Positions 11,948 to 25,553 of a stretch of 64,000 nucleotides of DNA are shown piece after piece. Numbering within the stretch: the stretch's first letter is position 1; every line of letters starts with the position of its first letter. The DNA comes from Tubulanus polymorphus (taxonomy: Eukaryota > Animalia > Nemertea). The notes under the pieces were generated by a model. That model saw nothing but the letters and a program-made list of their open reading frames with translations, searched no databases and had not been told where the DNA came from. The stretch covers positions 24,858,345 to 24,922,344 of the forward strand of contig NC_134028.1 of NCBI RefSeq assembly GCF_964204645.1. Reading direction: 5' to 3'. The position numbers and the translations under genes are program-made.

Positions 11948-13318
11948 TCATTTTGCATTTTGTTGGTCGTCGTTTTGCAGAAGCTGCTGTAAATAATTCC
12001 TATGAATTTCCCTCTCGCGCTTCACGCCGTCCAACTCAACGAGGGCCGCGTCCCTTTTCCGCCGACAATCCGACTTCGCGCGTTCGACCGCATCCAAGAA
12101 ATTCAAACCGTACTGCCGCATGGGCGATCCGTCAGCTTCACTCGTCGTGGCAGACGATGCGCCCAAACCCGTCTGCTCCATCTGCTCGACAGCAGACGAC
12201 ACGATCTCCGCGTTTTCTTTAAACGCCGTCAAAAATGTCTTTAAAGTTTCGTCGGACGGCGTCGTTTTCATAGCCGCGTATTTCTCGAGTAACTCGCGGA
12301 TCGGAAGGCAGACGAACTCGCGAGCGCTGCGTCGGAATTCCTCGTAACTCGTCTCCACCGCCGCGAACAACGAATCGACGTATTCGATTTCGAGTTCGTA
12401 GATTTCTCGGTGAAATTCGAGTTCGCGTTCGATCGCGCGAGTTTCTAATCCCGATGCGTTCACGCTATAATTCATCGATTTCACCGCTGCCGTGACAACG
12501 TCCTTTAATTGTTGCCGATATTTCGGCGTCAATTTTGGGAATTTTGACATAACATTAGCCACGGTCAAGTCCAAATATTTACTTTTCTGAAGCGCAGGCC
12601 ACGGCGCCGCGGGCACGAGCACCGACAAGTTTAACAAGTCTTGATTTATATCTTTAAGCGCATCACGCGTTTCGTTGATTCGTAAATAGGTATGCTCATA
12701 AACCGGAGCGCCGAGTTCGAGTCCGGATGAACATACCGTGCGGAATGAATACTCCAAACTCGTTAACCGTTTAAACAACGAGAATAATTTCGTTTCAAGT
12801 TTCGAAACGTGTTTCAAATTGATATGATCGAGATTCCCGCTGCAAACGTCCAATAAGCTGACGTCGCCATTTTCTTTCAGATCCGGTTTAACGAATTCCC
12901 CGACAATCAGCGCCGGTTTAGCGAGCGTCTCCGCGCTCGTATTCGCGACCGTTTTCGATATTTTTAAACGCGTCGATTCGGCGACTTCGACCATTTTCAT
13001 GATGTGACCGCGCGGGACCGGAACGTCCGGACCGTGGATATCTTTAGCTATGTAAACACGCCACGAGTCGGCTAGTTTACTCAACGAGTTTTCGATTTCG
13101 AGCAGCGTATTCGAACGGGACGCCAGTGATTCCGACAGAATCAGATTTTGTCTTTCCATTTGTATAAGCTGCGATTTGAGCAACAGAACGCGCCATTCTT
13201 CGTAGTTTTCGTTTTTTCTCTCGTTTAGTAATTGCTCGTGAAGCGATTTCGTTTCTTCAAGTTCAGAATTCAATGATTCGTTTTCTTTGCGCAACTTTTC
13301 AATGATTTTATCAGCCAT
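11948..13318 (-). CDS. Uncharacterised ~456-aa alpha-helical/coiled-coil protein, single coding exon
   Basis: Uninterrupted 463-codon ORF. Probable start ATG 13318 follows a TTGCAG acceptor (exon starts 13327). N- and C-terminal heptad-like segments; coding-like GC content. Confidence 0.85.
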   Translation of the reverse strand: MADKIIEKLRKENESLNSELEETKSLHEQLLNERKNENYEEWRVLLLKSQLIQMERQNLILSESLASRSNTLLEIENSLSKLADSWRVYIAKDIHGPDVPVPRGHIMKMVEVAESTRLKISKTVANTSAETLAKPALIVGEFVKPDLKENGDVSLLDVCSGNLDHINLKHVSKLETKLFSLFKRLTSLEYSFRTVCSSGLELGAPVYEHTYLRINETRDALKDINQDLLNLSVLVPAAPWPALQKSKYLDLTVANVMSKFPKLTPKYRQQLKDVVTAAVKSMNYSVNASGLETRAIERELEFHREIYELEIEYVDSLFAAVETSYEEFRRSAREFVCLPIRELLEKYAAMKTTPSDETLKTFLTAFKENAEIVSSAVEQMEQTGLGASSATTSEADGSPMRQYGLNFLDAVERAKSDCRRKRDAALVELDGVKREREIHRNYLQQLLQNDDQQNAK

Positions 13319-13427
13319 GTCAATCACCTGCAAGCACATAAAGTTAATGCAGTTAACTCTGTCTATTCAGTTAGCTTGTGGGACTGACTGTTAAGTTAAT
13401 ATTTCACAAAATTAATCAGGCCAGGCA

Positions 13428-13535
13428 GGGTAACTCGGTAGCGTTGGGGCAGCTGGTAAAATATTTCACCGATTTGAGGGGAATCAGGGAACTCGGTAGC
13501 GTTGGGACTGCTGATAAAATATTGCACTGAGTTGA
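13428..13535. repeat. Two degenerate copies of the dispersed 53-bp repeat family
   Basis: Reverse complement of the 32888-33221 array unit. Confidence 0.75.
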
Positions 13536-14166
13536 AATTTTAGTAAATTTCGGGCCGATTCATCAAATTACCGAGTTAGGTCCGTAGACAGCCCGAATAC
13601 AAAAAATTACCGTCTAGTGGCGCCACCTTTAAACAAATTAACCAACTTTCCCGTCGGATTTCGTTTTAGTAGCGAATGTCATTAATGAATGGTTATTTAA
13701 AATATCGCTGAGGGTTTAATTTTATACTTATACTATAAAGTCGAGCGAAATACCTAAGATTTTACGAAAAAAGCCAAAAAGTCAATTCAAAACCAAAAAG
13801 TTCGCCACCGAAGAAAGCAGTGACTCAATCCAATCCAGTGAAGATTTTTTACCAGCAATTAAATTCAATCGCAGTTTTGTTGGGAAATTTTTTAAAAGAC
13901 AAATAGACTTTTCAAGAAAAAGTTATCGATTTCCAAACAAGCAATATTTCAACAAGCGATATCCGAAGGGTGAAATAGAAAGAAATTTACATTTAGACCT
14001 AGGAAAGACAACCAGAGGGATAGGTGTCGCTTTTATCCAGGAAGTAAACTTTAGGAAAAAATATGCTGCAAAAATCGAATTAAATCAAATTTCTCTTAAT
14101 CCACGTTCGTTTCTATCGATGCGTGTTGATTTCAGTGAAGTATTTGATGATATTTAGAGATTAGTT

Positions 14167-17100
14167 ATGGATTTATTGACGAGTAACCCGCATGGTAATG
14201 GTCTACTGTTCGCAGGCTGGAATCAAGATCAGGGTAAGAATCGTACTAAATACCGAACGAAACTGTGATTACATGGGGCTTGTCAGTTGAGGGTTTATTG
14301 GCGGATCTATTTCTTGGTTTTGAAAACTATAAATTTATAGGTACTTATACGTATAAACAAGTGGCTGTTTCCAAAGCTACAATGTCTGGTTGGATAGTGT
14401 GTCAAAATACAGCTGGAGCAGGGAGGGGGCTTTCAGTGGCCTTTTTTCTTCTTGAAGAAGAATTTGGTTGCGGTTATTAGTTGTCCCTAATATTGTCATG
14501 TACTATGTACTTGCCATTACCCTTATCCTCAATTGTCATTGATTTTCAGGCTGTTTCGCTTGCGGAATGGAAACTGGTTTTCGTGTGTACAACGCTGATC
14601 CATTGAAAGAAAAGGAAAGACAAGGTTTGTTTCTAAACTGCAGGGAATATCGTAGTCAATGTCGATATCTATGTGTCATCATACTGTCACGAGTTGAAGT
14701 TTTTATGACAGTGTGTCAAAGATTGTCTGAAGAGAAGTGGGATACAGAAATGATATGAAAATCTACAGCTGGCATATCATCATTCTGATATCTTCTATCT
14801 ATACAATTCTAGATAGTTTTAAATTTTTGTGTTCTAGATTTCACTGAAGGTGGTATTGGTCATGTTGAGATGTTGTTCAGATGTAACTATCTGGCTTTGG
14901 TCGGAGGTGGCAAAAATCCGAAATACGCCCCGAACAAAGGTATATCTTTTATGATGTCTGTTTCAAAGTGTAGAAGGACCTGGAGCAGGTTCCACAGTTT
15001 TCTGGGTCAATTTGACTAGACCTAGTTCTGTAGTTAATTTGTGGGCTTATCTTTTGATTCTGAATCCAGTTCGACAGTTATGTGGGTTTGTTTTTACTCT
15101 GGATCCAGTTGGACAGTTGTGCGGTTTAAGATTATACTCTGGATCCAGTTCCACAGTAGAAGGTTGAAACTAAACTTTACAGTTTTCATGAAATTAGGTC
15201 ATTGATGTCAAGGATAAACCCTGAATTGTTGTTTCATGTTTTAGTGATGGTTTGGGATGATTTGAAAAAGAAACATGTCATTGAATTAGAATTCAGCGGT
15301 GAAGTGCGGTCTGTTCGATTAAGGAGGGACAGGTACGTTATGAATGACCCTTTGTTAAGTTATGTCTCTATAATTCGCTGATATTTATCAGCTGTTTTAT
15401 TGTTTTTTTTTTCAGGATTGTCGTAGTTCTTGATTCGATGATTAAAGTTTACACGTTCACTCAAAACCCGCAACAGTTGCACGTCTTCGAAACGTATCAT
15501 AATCCGAAAGGTTTGTTGTCAAATGTTTAAAGTACTTTCTAGACGAATGAAGCCACAAAACACTGTCGATCTGTCTGCACTGTCGCCCCTCAAACAATCC
15601 GCTGTCAGAACCCTGAACCCCCTGGGACAATCTGCTGTCTGAACCCTGCAGCCCTTCAGACAATCGACAAACTATAAAAATTGATTGTCCAAACTTCACA
15701 AGGTCGTCAGTCTGAAGACCCGCATGAAAATGATTACGTATCTAACTAACGTGCACAGATATTAAACATTTAATTACCAAAATCAAAACTTCATCCAAAC
15801 TTCATCCTTTGTCTGATGTGGGTGAGATGAAGACCTTTTCATATTTTCAGGTTTATGTGTTTTGTGTCCGAATAGCAACAACTCGTTGCTAGCATTTCCC
15901 GGCTCGAAACTCGGTCAGGTGCAAATCGTCGATTTAGCGAACACGGAGAAATCGCCGTTAGATATCGCTGCCCATGAAGCTTCATTGAGTTGTTTATCAT
16001 TGAATCTACAGGGCACGAGATTAGCAACCGCTTCTGAGAAGGTCGGTGCTATTTTTCCTCACTTTCTGTATACCTATTCTGGTCAAAGAATCTTCAAATT
16101 TTAGATAAACTTTCTATCTAAGAAGTGACAGCGCTGATGAAAAGTTGTTTTTTTTTTCTCGTTTCTTTAGGGGACGTTAATTAGAATATTCGACACGACA
16201 AATGGCCAGCAATTACAAGAACTAAGACGTGGTGCTAATACAGCAAATATTTATTGGTAAGCTCTGGTGTTATATGCCATTGTGAAGAAAGCATCGTTGA
16301 TAATTGAGAAACAACTGAAATTGTTTTGTTTATTTCTGCAATTTTAACTTTCTGACAGCATTAATTTCAATCAAGACTCTTCGCTGATATGTGTATCCAG
16401 TGATCATGGCACCGTACATATTTTTGCCGCTGAAGATCAAAAAAAGAACAAACAATCGAGGTACGAGATTTGACCCTGCAGTAATCATATTTAAAAAACC
16501 CTGGTGTCTGATTTTAACTCGATAACTGTTCCTTGGAACAGGACCCTGTTCTACAGATCTTGGATATGTTTCACTATAGTTATAGTTTTCAATTGTATAG
16601 CCCTTGTGTCAACTCAAACAGGGTGGCTTCTTAACTAGAAATCAGGGAAATGTCATGGAATTTTGAAGTTGAATATTAGAAAAAGTTAGGGAAATTTGTT
16701 GAGATCGCGTGTAAAATCAAACAGTTTCCCTCAATGTCTTACGTATTTGACTGTGTTAGTTCTTAGCAGATCAAGTCAGGGGGAAAAGGTACATGTCACT
16801 CAGGGAATTGTCAGGAAAATAGCAAGTCAAATAAAAGAGGCCGCCCTGAATTTTTATTGTGCAACTTGGTCCTGAATGATCGGTTTGTTTTTGTAGATTT
16901 TAAAAGGTATCTTCTTTCTTTTGCAGCCTAGCGTCGGCCAGTTTCCTGCCTAAGTATTTTAGTTCAAAGTGGAGTTTCTCTAAATTTCAAGTGCCCGGTG
17001 GATCACATTGTATATGTGCATTTGGTAATGAACCGAATTCTGTGATAGGTGAGTAATGTTATCTCTCGAAGGCTTAAACAGAGTCTACTGTACCATCCAG

Positions 17101-17747
17101 CTTAGATATCACTCTCAAGTCAAGAGATCCAACTTGAATGGAGTGTACTGTACCATCCAACTCAGATATTACTCTCTAGTCAAAATATCCGACTTGAGCG
17201 GAGTCTACTGTACCATCCAACTCATATATTGCTCTCAAGTCAAAAGAGCCAATTTTAGCGGAGTCTACTGTATCATCCAACTCAGATATTGCTCTCAAGT
17301 CAAAAGATCAGACTCAGCAGAGTCTACTGTATCATCCAACTCAGATATCACTCTCCAGTCAAAAGATCAGACTTGAGCGGAGTCTACTGTACCATCCAAC
17401 TCATATATTGCTCTCAAGTCAAAAGATCTGACTTGAGCGGAGTCTACTGTACCTCTATCCAACTCAGATATTGCTCTCAAGTCAAAAGATCAGACTTGAG
17501 CGGAGTCTACTGTATCATCCAACTCAGATATCACTCTATAGTTGCATAGCTTTGTCCAAAAAGACACATGACTTATCAGAGTCAACTGCGCCGTGCTTTT
17601 TACTGTGTGAAATACAAATGATGTTTTTATCTGGTTTCAGTGATATGCGCCGACGGTAGTTATTTCAAATTCATGTTTAACGCTAAAGGAGAATGTACAC
17701 GTGATATTTACGCTCAGTTCCTCGAAATGACCGACGACAAAACCTGA
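14167..17747 (+). CDS. WDR45B: WD repeat phosphoinositide-interacting protein 3 (WIPI3), 10 coding exons
   Basis: Spliced translation [47 protein letters not shown]/...[15 protein letters not shown]...ELRRG.../[18 protein letters not shown].../[14 protein letters not shown] phosphoinositide-binding motif. Exons about 14167-14233, 14550-14624, 14838-14939, 15245-15332, 15416-15510, 15851-16041, 16171-16256, 16359-16460, 16927-17048, 17641-17747. Confidence 0.96.
17078..17538. repeat. 60-bp minisatellite, about 7.5 copies, in the last WDR45B intron
   Basis: Unit about GAGTCTACTGTACCATCCAACTCAGATATTGCTCTCAAGTCAAAAGATCAGACTTGAGCG. Confidence 0.92.
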
Positions 17748-18374
17748 TTGTTTGGACGCGACACGTTAGAACGAAGACAACGCGACGCGATTTGACGAAT
17801 GTTTTTGTATCGAATGAATGACGTTACGTAGCGAGAGATTCGCGAATGTGATATATATTAAAACTGTTCTAAATTTCTTATTGCACAAACACTGACTGTA
17901 TTTGAAATCGAAGATAGAAACGATAGTTGCACTGTTTACATAGAGAAGCACTAGGCGTTCGATTACATGAGTCATCCTTAATTCTAGTCTTCATTGAAAT
18001 TGTAGATAAAATACCTAAAAAATGGGCAATTCATAAAAAAGTACGTACGCTTTCATTTATGGGTTGAAAATTGACCGCGTCTTCGTGTGTATGTCTTGGG
18101 GAGTTGTTAATGTGGGTGCGTGAAAATTTGCCATTTCCTGTGTTTCAAATGCTTAAAATGGTATACATGGGGGGGAGGGGGGGTATAAAATGTCCACTTC
18201 TCCCTTATGTGCGTAATGCTTCGAATTGGTTAGCAATTAGCTACTTCTCATGTATTGACTGCTTAAAATGGTAAACTTGGGGGATCAAAATTCTCCCTAT
18301 GAACATAATGAATGCTTGAAATTGATTATACACGAGGTGTCACTTCTCCTTATGTGCATAATCGTCGACTACAG

Positions 18375-18507
18375 GAGCCAGTTCCATAGTCGTGACTCCA
18401 GTTCAAAAGGGGTCTTAAATCGTAAGACTGGTCTTAAGTTATTCGATCGGCTAGAGAACTAAGATGGTGTTAGACTGATCTCTCAGCTCTGACTATGGAA
18501 CCGGTCC
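18375..18507. mobile_element. Diverged PIF/Harbinger-type MITE (GGGCC family)
   Basis: GAGCCAGTTCCATAGTC...GACTATGGAACCGGTCC with CAG/CTG flanks; interior resembles 3581-3725 inverted. Confidence 0.65.
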
Positions 18508-20143
18508 CTGGAGGTTTGAAAATGAGCAATCGGTAGTTCAGCGTACCGGCACGTCATTCGTGAACAGCCCTAAAAATGTGCTATTATCGAATTCATGCGG
18601 TTGTGATGATGCCTCTATTTTGTAAGAGGAGTTGTTTCCTCTCCTCAGACGACTGTTAAATTAGTAAATGCGCCCATTATAATCGATAGCACTGCTGCCT
18701 TTTTCAATGTGAAATTGTGAATCGCTGATTGCTTTTTAACTGGGGTTTAATTATGATGGGTAAAATGGATGCTTTTTGAGTTTCTTCTGTTGCGCAATGG
18801 AATCTTATTACAGAGGAACTCTCGCATTATAATCATTTTTGGAAAAAAACAAAAAAATCAATGCAAATTTTGTTTATTTCGCTGGTTATAATGAACACAT
18901 TTACGCCGAATCCTTGAAATTTGATTTATTTCATTCATACTGGATATAAACGAATTTCTACATTTTATGAACAAAAACAGAATTTTCCGATTTTTTCGTT
19001 GAGCTTGTTTCTTGTATGAGATTCCGCTATGCTTCGGTTAAAAATACTTGTTTTAAATCAGCCCTTTGTACAAAACTGTAAAAATGCTTCCAAATGGTAA
19101 ATACTTAAACGATAAGGTAGTGCTGCGTCGTATGATTTCTAATGTTCTGGTGCTTTTTTTTTTAGAGAAATATCTCATGAAATGAAGAGTATTTCACCCG
19201 TGTAAAAATCTGTAAATAAATCGAATATTGTTATGATGATTTTTCGAAAGGAAATTGAATTGAATTTTATTCGCAAGCTAATGATGCTTTTTTGTTGTCT
19301 GATTTTCTCGTTTTTGTACCCGTTTTCTTCACGTTGTTTAAATGAGAATTACTATTGATATTTTATGAAAATGATGATGATGATAACAAGTAGCGATTAA
19401 GAGTATTTATGTTGCATTTTGATTTTTTTTTTTGTGTTGAGTACAACGTATTTCGATTGTGTTGTAATTTATTTTTTGTGTCAGTAAAAAAAGAAACATT
19501 GGTCAGTGTGGAATGGATGGTTCCACCCCGAAATAAAGTACCTCGCCTAACTCGGACCGGGGAAGTGTAATGTCTCATTACATTTCCTTGCTCGGACAAA
19601 CTGAGACCGGCAAAATTGGTCTGAGTTAAGGATCGGAAAATACGTTAGGAATCAGAAGATGATTTTGTTTTTGTCCGAGTCAGTCAAAAGTGCAAGTTTG
19701 GCACATTGATTTGATAAAGAGTTGAGGATGGGAAGGGGGAGTCGAACTATGACATACTGTATATTTGCTCACGATACATCCTAATAATGCCGAGTACACT
19801 CTGCCGCCTAATGCAGAACTCTGCACCGACTTCACGCGTGCTGTTCAATCACTTGCTTCATATTGCAGTCAAATGTGTCTCCAGAATTTTGGTATTTTTG
19901 TCCAGAATCACGCTTCTGATCTTTTTTTAACTGATTAAAGAGACATTAGAAAATTATCATTTTTTATCCGATTTTGATAAGATTTTGACACAAACAATGG
20001 AGGAGCCCAGAACATAAGGGTCCAGAAGCGTGGTCCGAACTGGGATACTAGGTCCAATGCACACGACGCAGCGAAACGCTGGGCAACGTGTTTCAGTGTC
20101 GTGATTCCGCGTGTTCCTTTGCGCCGGTGATGATTGTAACCTG

Positions 20144-20271
20144 GGACCAGTTTCACGAAAAAGTTTACGCCTAAAACAGTTTTAAGTTTGAATTGTTCTC
20201 ATTGAAAACATGAAGTTACCACTAACAATTGCATCAAAAAGTTGAGTTAAACGATTTTGTGAAACTGGGCC
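20144..20271. mobile_element. Harbinger-type MITE variant
   Basis: GGACCAGTTTCACGAAA...TTTTGTGAAACTGGGCC with CTG/CAG flanks. Confidence 0.6.
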
Positions 20272-20982
20272 CAGCACGCATGGCCCAAGTTCTGCGGTTT
20301 CTCGTTGATATTGACTCATTGGAAATGTACCCCAACCGATGATTATTGAACCGGGTTTTGGTCCGTCGTGAAAACGTCTGCCTTACTTTGTCATACACAT
20401 CGCTTCTTTCGGGTAAAAGTTCTCCATAAAATCCTCAACATTCCATTTTCTTAATTCGGCCAAGTGCGGATAGAATATTTTACCGGTGTCTGATTCGAGT
20501 CGAGTTGACTGATAATACAGTTCATAAAACTGGGTTCTGTCTCTGACGGATCACGTATGACAAATTGACGAGGCGTTTCTTAAATTATGGCTTGACTTTT
20601 TCATCGCCGACTTTCACTGCGACTATAGCATTAACTGCTGTATCATAAACACATCCACCACTGCAGATTGCATCACGTTAGAATATCATCATATAGAATA
20701 TCTCTGACGATATATTATATTGCTACCGCTCATAATGTAATGATATACGTATATTATACTTACAAAATTCTATCGTCATTCATTATTATGGTTAATATGA
20801 AATTAATGATAAAATAAAAATATCACTTATTATTTGCATAATATCTTGTTTTTTTGTTTTTTCTTATATTCCATTCGGAGGAACTATCAGTTTCTTGGAA
20901 TCAAATGGCGATTCGGGTTGAACGGCGGCGGATCATCCCAACAACTGATTCGACGATGGCTATCGATACGATATGGACTCTG

Positions 20983-21125
20983 GGGCCGGTTGCATAGTCA
21001 CGGCTTGGACTTTATATGACCAGTCTTAGACCAACTTAGTTCTATAGCCAATCTAACAACTTTTAAGACCAGTCTTAAGATTTAAGACCATTTTTGGACT
21101 TAAGCCATGACTGTGCAACTGGCCC
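20983..21125. mobile_element. PIF/Harbinger-type MITE (GGGCC family)
   Basis: Same family as 3581-3725; CTG duplicated on both sides. Confidence 0.8.
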
Positions 21126-23257
21126 CTGATGTCTAAGATGTCTTAGAGTTCGTGATAACTGGTTCTTGTACGTTAGTGGCACATTCGGAACCAAAAGCTA
21201 CGACGTGTACGTGGTCACCTCAAACCCGCCCCCTCATAACTATGAAACACTGTATGCGAAAAAAAGTACAATATATACCTAGGTCTATTGTCTGAACTAG
21301 AAAAGTGACGACAAATCGGTTCCTTTTATTGAAGGAGAGTCCATCTGTTATTTGGACGTAGAGAAAAATGTCAACCGGTGTATGGACACTTATCTCGGGA
21401 CTGCGACTGCGGATAATCAGTGGTTGGTCAAGGCTATTCTGACAAGATCTATTGGTTGTTTATCAACTTTTCGATGACTGTGCCACTATACACGCAAGCT
21501 CGTTCAGCTAAAGGTAAGTATTCTTCGGACAACGACTAGATTTAGTAAGACTATAGAAAAGGAATGATTGTGGTTCAACAAATATATGGCGTTAAGTGTT
21601 CGAGCTTATTACGTAAATTAGTCATTTTAGAATTATTTAAACTTCTCTTAGAAAAAAATTAAGAAATAACAAGTGTGTATACAGTTTAAAGTGAGGGTGC
21701 ATTTTATCAGGGTGCATTTTCTTTGTTACTGTGGGGTTTCACAGAAAATCATTCATATTCGACCGTTCAGGCGTTCAAAATCTTAATGGAAAAACAGAAT
21801 ATCAAATATCAGGCTGCACACGAGGCTCTGTTTTACGAAAACACCCCACGTATAAAGTAAAGTTGTGGCCATTGAGATTCCATGCTATGTTGAGATAAGC
21901 TTAAATGTCGCGTGTACTTAATAGGCCTAGACCCATTGAATATTGAAAGTCCAATGTTTATCTGAAATCCCCAGATCAATCTCAGAATCTCGAGACGACG
22001 AAAAAATTCAAAATTGAACTTTAAAAAGTTTTAAAAAGTCATTCAGTACCGCGTGATTCACTATTATCAAAGTTTATCGTATTCACAGTGGTAAAAACGA
22101 TTCGGTTAGTCGGTGCTACGAGCAATTATCTGTTCAGATAATTGCTCGTAGGTCGGTACGAGTTGGTTTTCAAGCAGGCCGCTTTCGATCTTGATCATGC
22201 CTGCAACAACCAACTCATAATAACAGACAAGAATATAAGCCTTTTTTACAGTTTCCAGGCGCCATTTTTTGGGTACCCGCCGGGTCCGCATTGTTGAATT
22301 TTTTGTCCCTATTTTTGCCCCGTTTAGATCGTTCAAATCGAACGCTGAGCTTGTACGTATGTATTCATATTTGTAATACCAAAAATAGTCTTTATGAATT
22401 TTTGGTAATACGTACAGCTCTTAGTAGAATAGGCATACTCGATGTGGTGAAAGGATAATGAGATCAAAACCCACTATAGTTCTTAATCTTTTAAATTTAT
22501 TCAAAAGATTGAAAATTAAATCTACATTTATCAAGAATCAAAATCTAAAGATACGACATTTCGAACCCTCCCTCTACGTAGGCACCATCAAATATAAGTA
22601 AGTCTCTAGGGTGAATCCAAAGTGTCATCTAATTCGGTTTTTATCACACTTCGCTTGACTGAAAATGACAATTTGGGCGACGATGCGAAGAAACACAATA
22701 TTGTTATTTACGTGGCATCGCATTGGAAATCTGACGCAGAGAAATACAAGATATTGATGACGAGATCGAATTGGTACTCGCGTGCCACAGCTAACTACAT
22801 GTATATCTGTACTTCGATTTCCGATTTCAAAATCAAACCCCCTGTTTCGCTCCCGGCAGGTGTGGTGGGTCTGTAAGGGACACTCAATCGAACGAAATTT
22901 ACCAGCCAAATAGATAACAGGGACAATCCCTATTTTAAGATTAAAAAAAGAATCTTCGACGACACGAGAGACGACTGTAGAACACTTATCGCCAACAATA
23001 TGACGCCTTACAATTCCATAATCGTCCATTCGTATTAGAACAGCGGAGCCTTATACACAATAGGTGGTACTGGGCCGGAAAGATCTTTTCTACCGCCAAT
23101 AGTGTCTTCAAACAAGAACACGAATAAACGTAGAATCGCGTCCCCTTAGTGCCGTATTTAAAACGTAGTACACTAAGTGTACGGTCTGCAAAACGTTAAC
23201 TTTCTTTAACGAAAACTATCATTTTATAGGCATAAAACTCATATTTCAAAGATCTGA

Positions 23258-25369
23258 ATGATGGACACTTTCATGGAGACGTATGAAGCCTTTATGGCAA
23301 AAGGAGGTAATCACATATCAAAATAATTTCTGCTTATAATACATCATCACGATTGATAGAACACTATATCCGTGTTGACGCGATGTAGAGAGAATCCCAC
23401 AATTATAACGAAAAAGTCCGAAAATGAAACTTCGAGATAGTAGTTTATTTCAACGTTTCGGACTTTTTCGTTATAATTGTGGGATTCTCTCTATATATAA
23501 TACATCATGTTTTCATTATGTACAGTATATACTTCTGAATTCAGACTTGGGCTCATTTTACACACAACCATTTACTTTCAGATCCGCGAGTTGAGAATTG
23601 GTTGATGATGAAAAGTCCAGTTCCATCAATTCTACTAATCGCCGCGTACTTACTGATCTGTATCTGCGGACCGATGCTCATGAAAAATAGAAAACCGTTT
23701 GATTTGAAATTTCTCATAATTCCATACAACTTCGCTTTAGTGGGTTTATCCGCTTATATGTTTTATGAGGTAATGCTAATAATTAAAACACGTTAAAAGT
23801 ATATTTAATGCACAGTTTGGATACCTTTTAATACGACTTTTCTCCAGGTTTTGATGTCAGCCATTTTAGCGAACTATAGTCTCAAATGTCAACCTGTTGA
23901 CTATTCCGATAATCCATTAGCCATGAGGGTAAGATTCCACGAGTTCCAGCTCTTCGGATGACTTACATGGAACTTGCGTGTAGATTCATATTTTCTCGTT
24001 ACGTTTCCTTTTCCAGATGGCCAGAGCTTGTTGGTGGTTTTTCTTTTCAAAGTTTATCGAATTTTTCGATTCGGTAAGTAAAAAATGCGGGAGATAATTA
24101 TCACACGCGACCCATCAGTTCCTCGGTTAAAATTTGACTCCACGGGGTTTAATGATATTAATCTAATTGCTAAGCTCTCAAAGAGAACTACAGATTAATA
24201 GAGAATTGTGGATTCTAAGTGGACTGTGGAACTCACTGGTATAAAGAGTTGGATTAGTTTATTTTCAAGTTAAACAAAATCTAGTAGATCAAGTATATCG
24301 TGATAGAGGAGCCGTGTAAAACTGGTATCAAATTGAATATGAAAACAGAATTTATTAGAAATCACAAGCTTTCGCCATTTTATTATATCGGTTAATGTTC
24401 TATATATTTCTCTCTCTATTCGCTAGTTTTTCATGATTCTGCGCGGTAAAACAAATCAGTTGACATTTCTTCACGTTTATCACCATTCGACGATGATCGT
24501 GAACTGGTGGCTGGGAGTGAAATACGTCGCCGGTGGACAATGTCAGTTGATTTTACAAATATATTCAGAAATTCCTGATTTTTCCGTTTAGGAGAGGAAT
24601 TAACACCAAACAATCGATTTTGTCTTGCAGCTTTTTTCATCGCTTTGCTGAACTCATCCGTCCATATTATGATGTATTCGTACTACGGGTTGGCGGCGTT
24701 CGGGCCTCATATGCAAAAATACCTCTGGTGGAAAAGATACATGACTCGCATTCAGTTGGTAAGTTAAAAGCAGCGTTTTCACTAGAGGCTGAAAGATATC
24801 TTGCTTCTTCTCACGGTCGGCCAAATTAATCAGCAAAAGTAGAAAATAAAATCCGGCCGGGACAGGAACCGTATTCACGAAGTACCTGTAAATCAAGATA
24901 AAAAGATGAACTTACGGGCAGACACGTGACACGTATAGGCTTACGGTGCTTCTTCGTGAATACGGTGCCAGTTCGTATAGGAAACATCCAGCCGCTATTA
25001 TAATGGTGGTTGATGATTCGGGCTACATGAATTGATTAAAAATAAGTTGTTCTCAACAACCAGTTAAAATTACTTTTTAGGCCCTGAAAACAAACCTAAC
25101 GATGGGAAACATTGTATCTTTTTTAGCCTGATGAATTTCTATTCGTTTCTGAAAGATGAATTTGCAGTTTTTCTGTATTTTTCTAGATTCAGTTTCTGAT
25201 GTTCGTCACTCATTCCGGATATAACGTATTCATGACCGACTGTGATTTTCCGCAAGGATTCAACGTGGCTGTATTTCTGTACAGTATTTCTCTGATCGCG
25301 TTATTCACGAATTTCTACGTACGCGAATACATCCACAAACAACAGAAAAAGACTAAAAAATCGAAATAA
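23258..25369 (+). CDS. Very-long-chain fatty acid elongase, ELOVL4/ELOVL8-like, copy A (7 coding exons)
   Basis: [15 protein letters not shown]..., KFIEFFDS, histidine box [35 protein letters not shown]-terminal dilysine tail KKSK*. A probable 5' UTR exon ends near 21513. Confidence 0.93.
23348..23495. mobile_element. Short Penelope-like palindromic insertion with 13-bp target-site duplication
   Basis: TATAATACATCAT at 23335-23347 and 23496-23508. Internal IR GAGAGAATCCCACAATTATAACGAAAAAGTCCGAAA and its complement. Leader ACACTATATCCGTGT resembles that at 56499. CCGAAACGTT hammerhead 3' half on the minus strand. Confidence 0.65.
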
Positions 25370-25553
25370 ACATTTTAATACCGTTAAGCCGTGTCTGGTG
25401 AACATTGCGACCGTTTTTGCGCATTTTTCTTATAATGAAAGATTGATATTGAAATGAAATAACGACTGTATAACATTTTCAATCGTGTTTTCTGTGTTCT
25501 TTCATCTTTTATTCAAAACTATCCATTCAACATTCTGTCCGCTCAGGTCTGAC

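Noticed and set aside
9071-12347. Plus-strand Ser/Cys/Arg-rich ORFs
   Set aside because: Antisense shadows of CCDC96 acidic exons and of the coiled-coil CDS.
17056-17549. Repetitive Cys/Tyr-rich ORFs
   Set aside because: Translations of the 60-bp intronic minisatellite; the unit length is a multiple of three, so frames stay open by chance.
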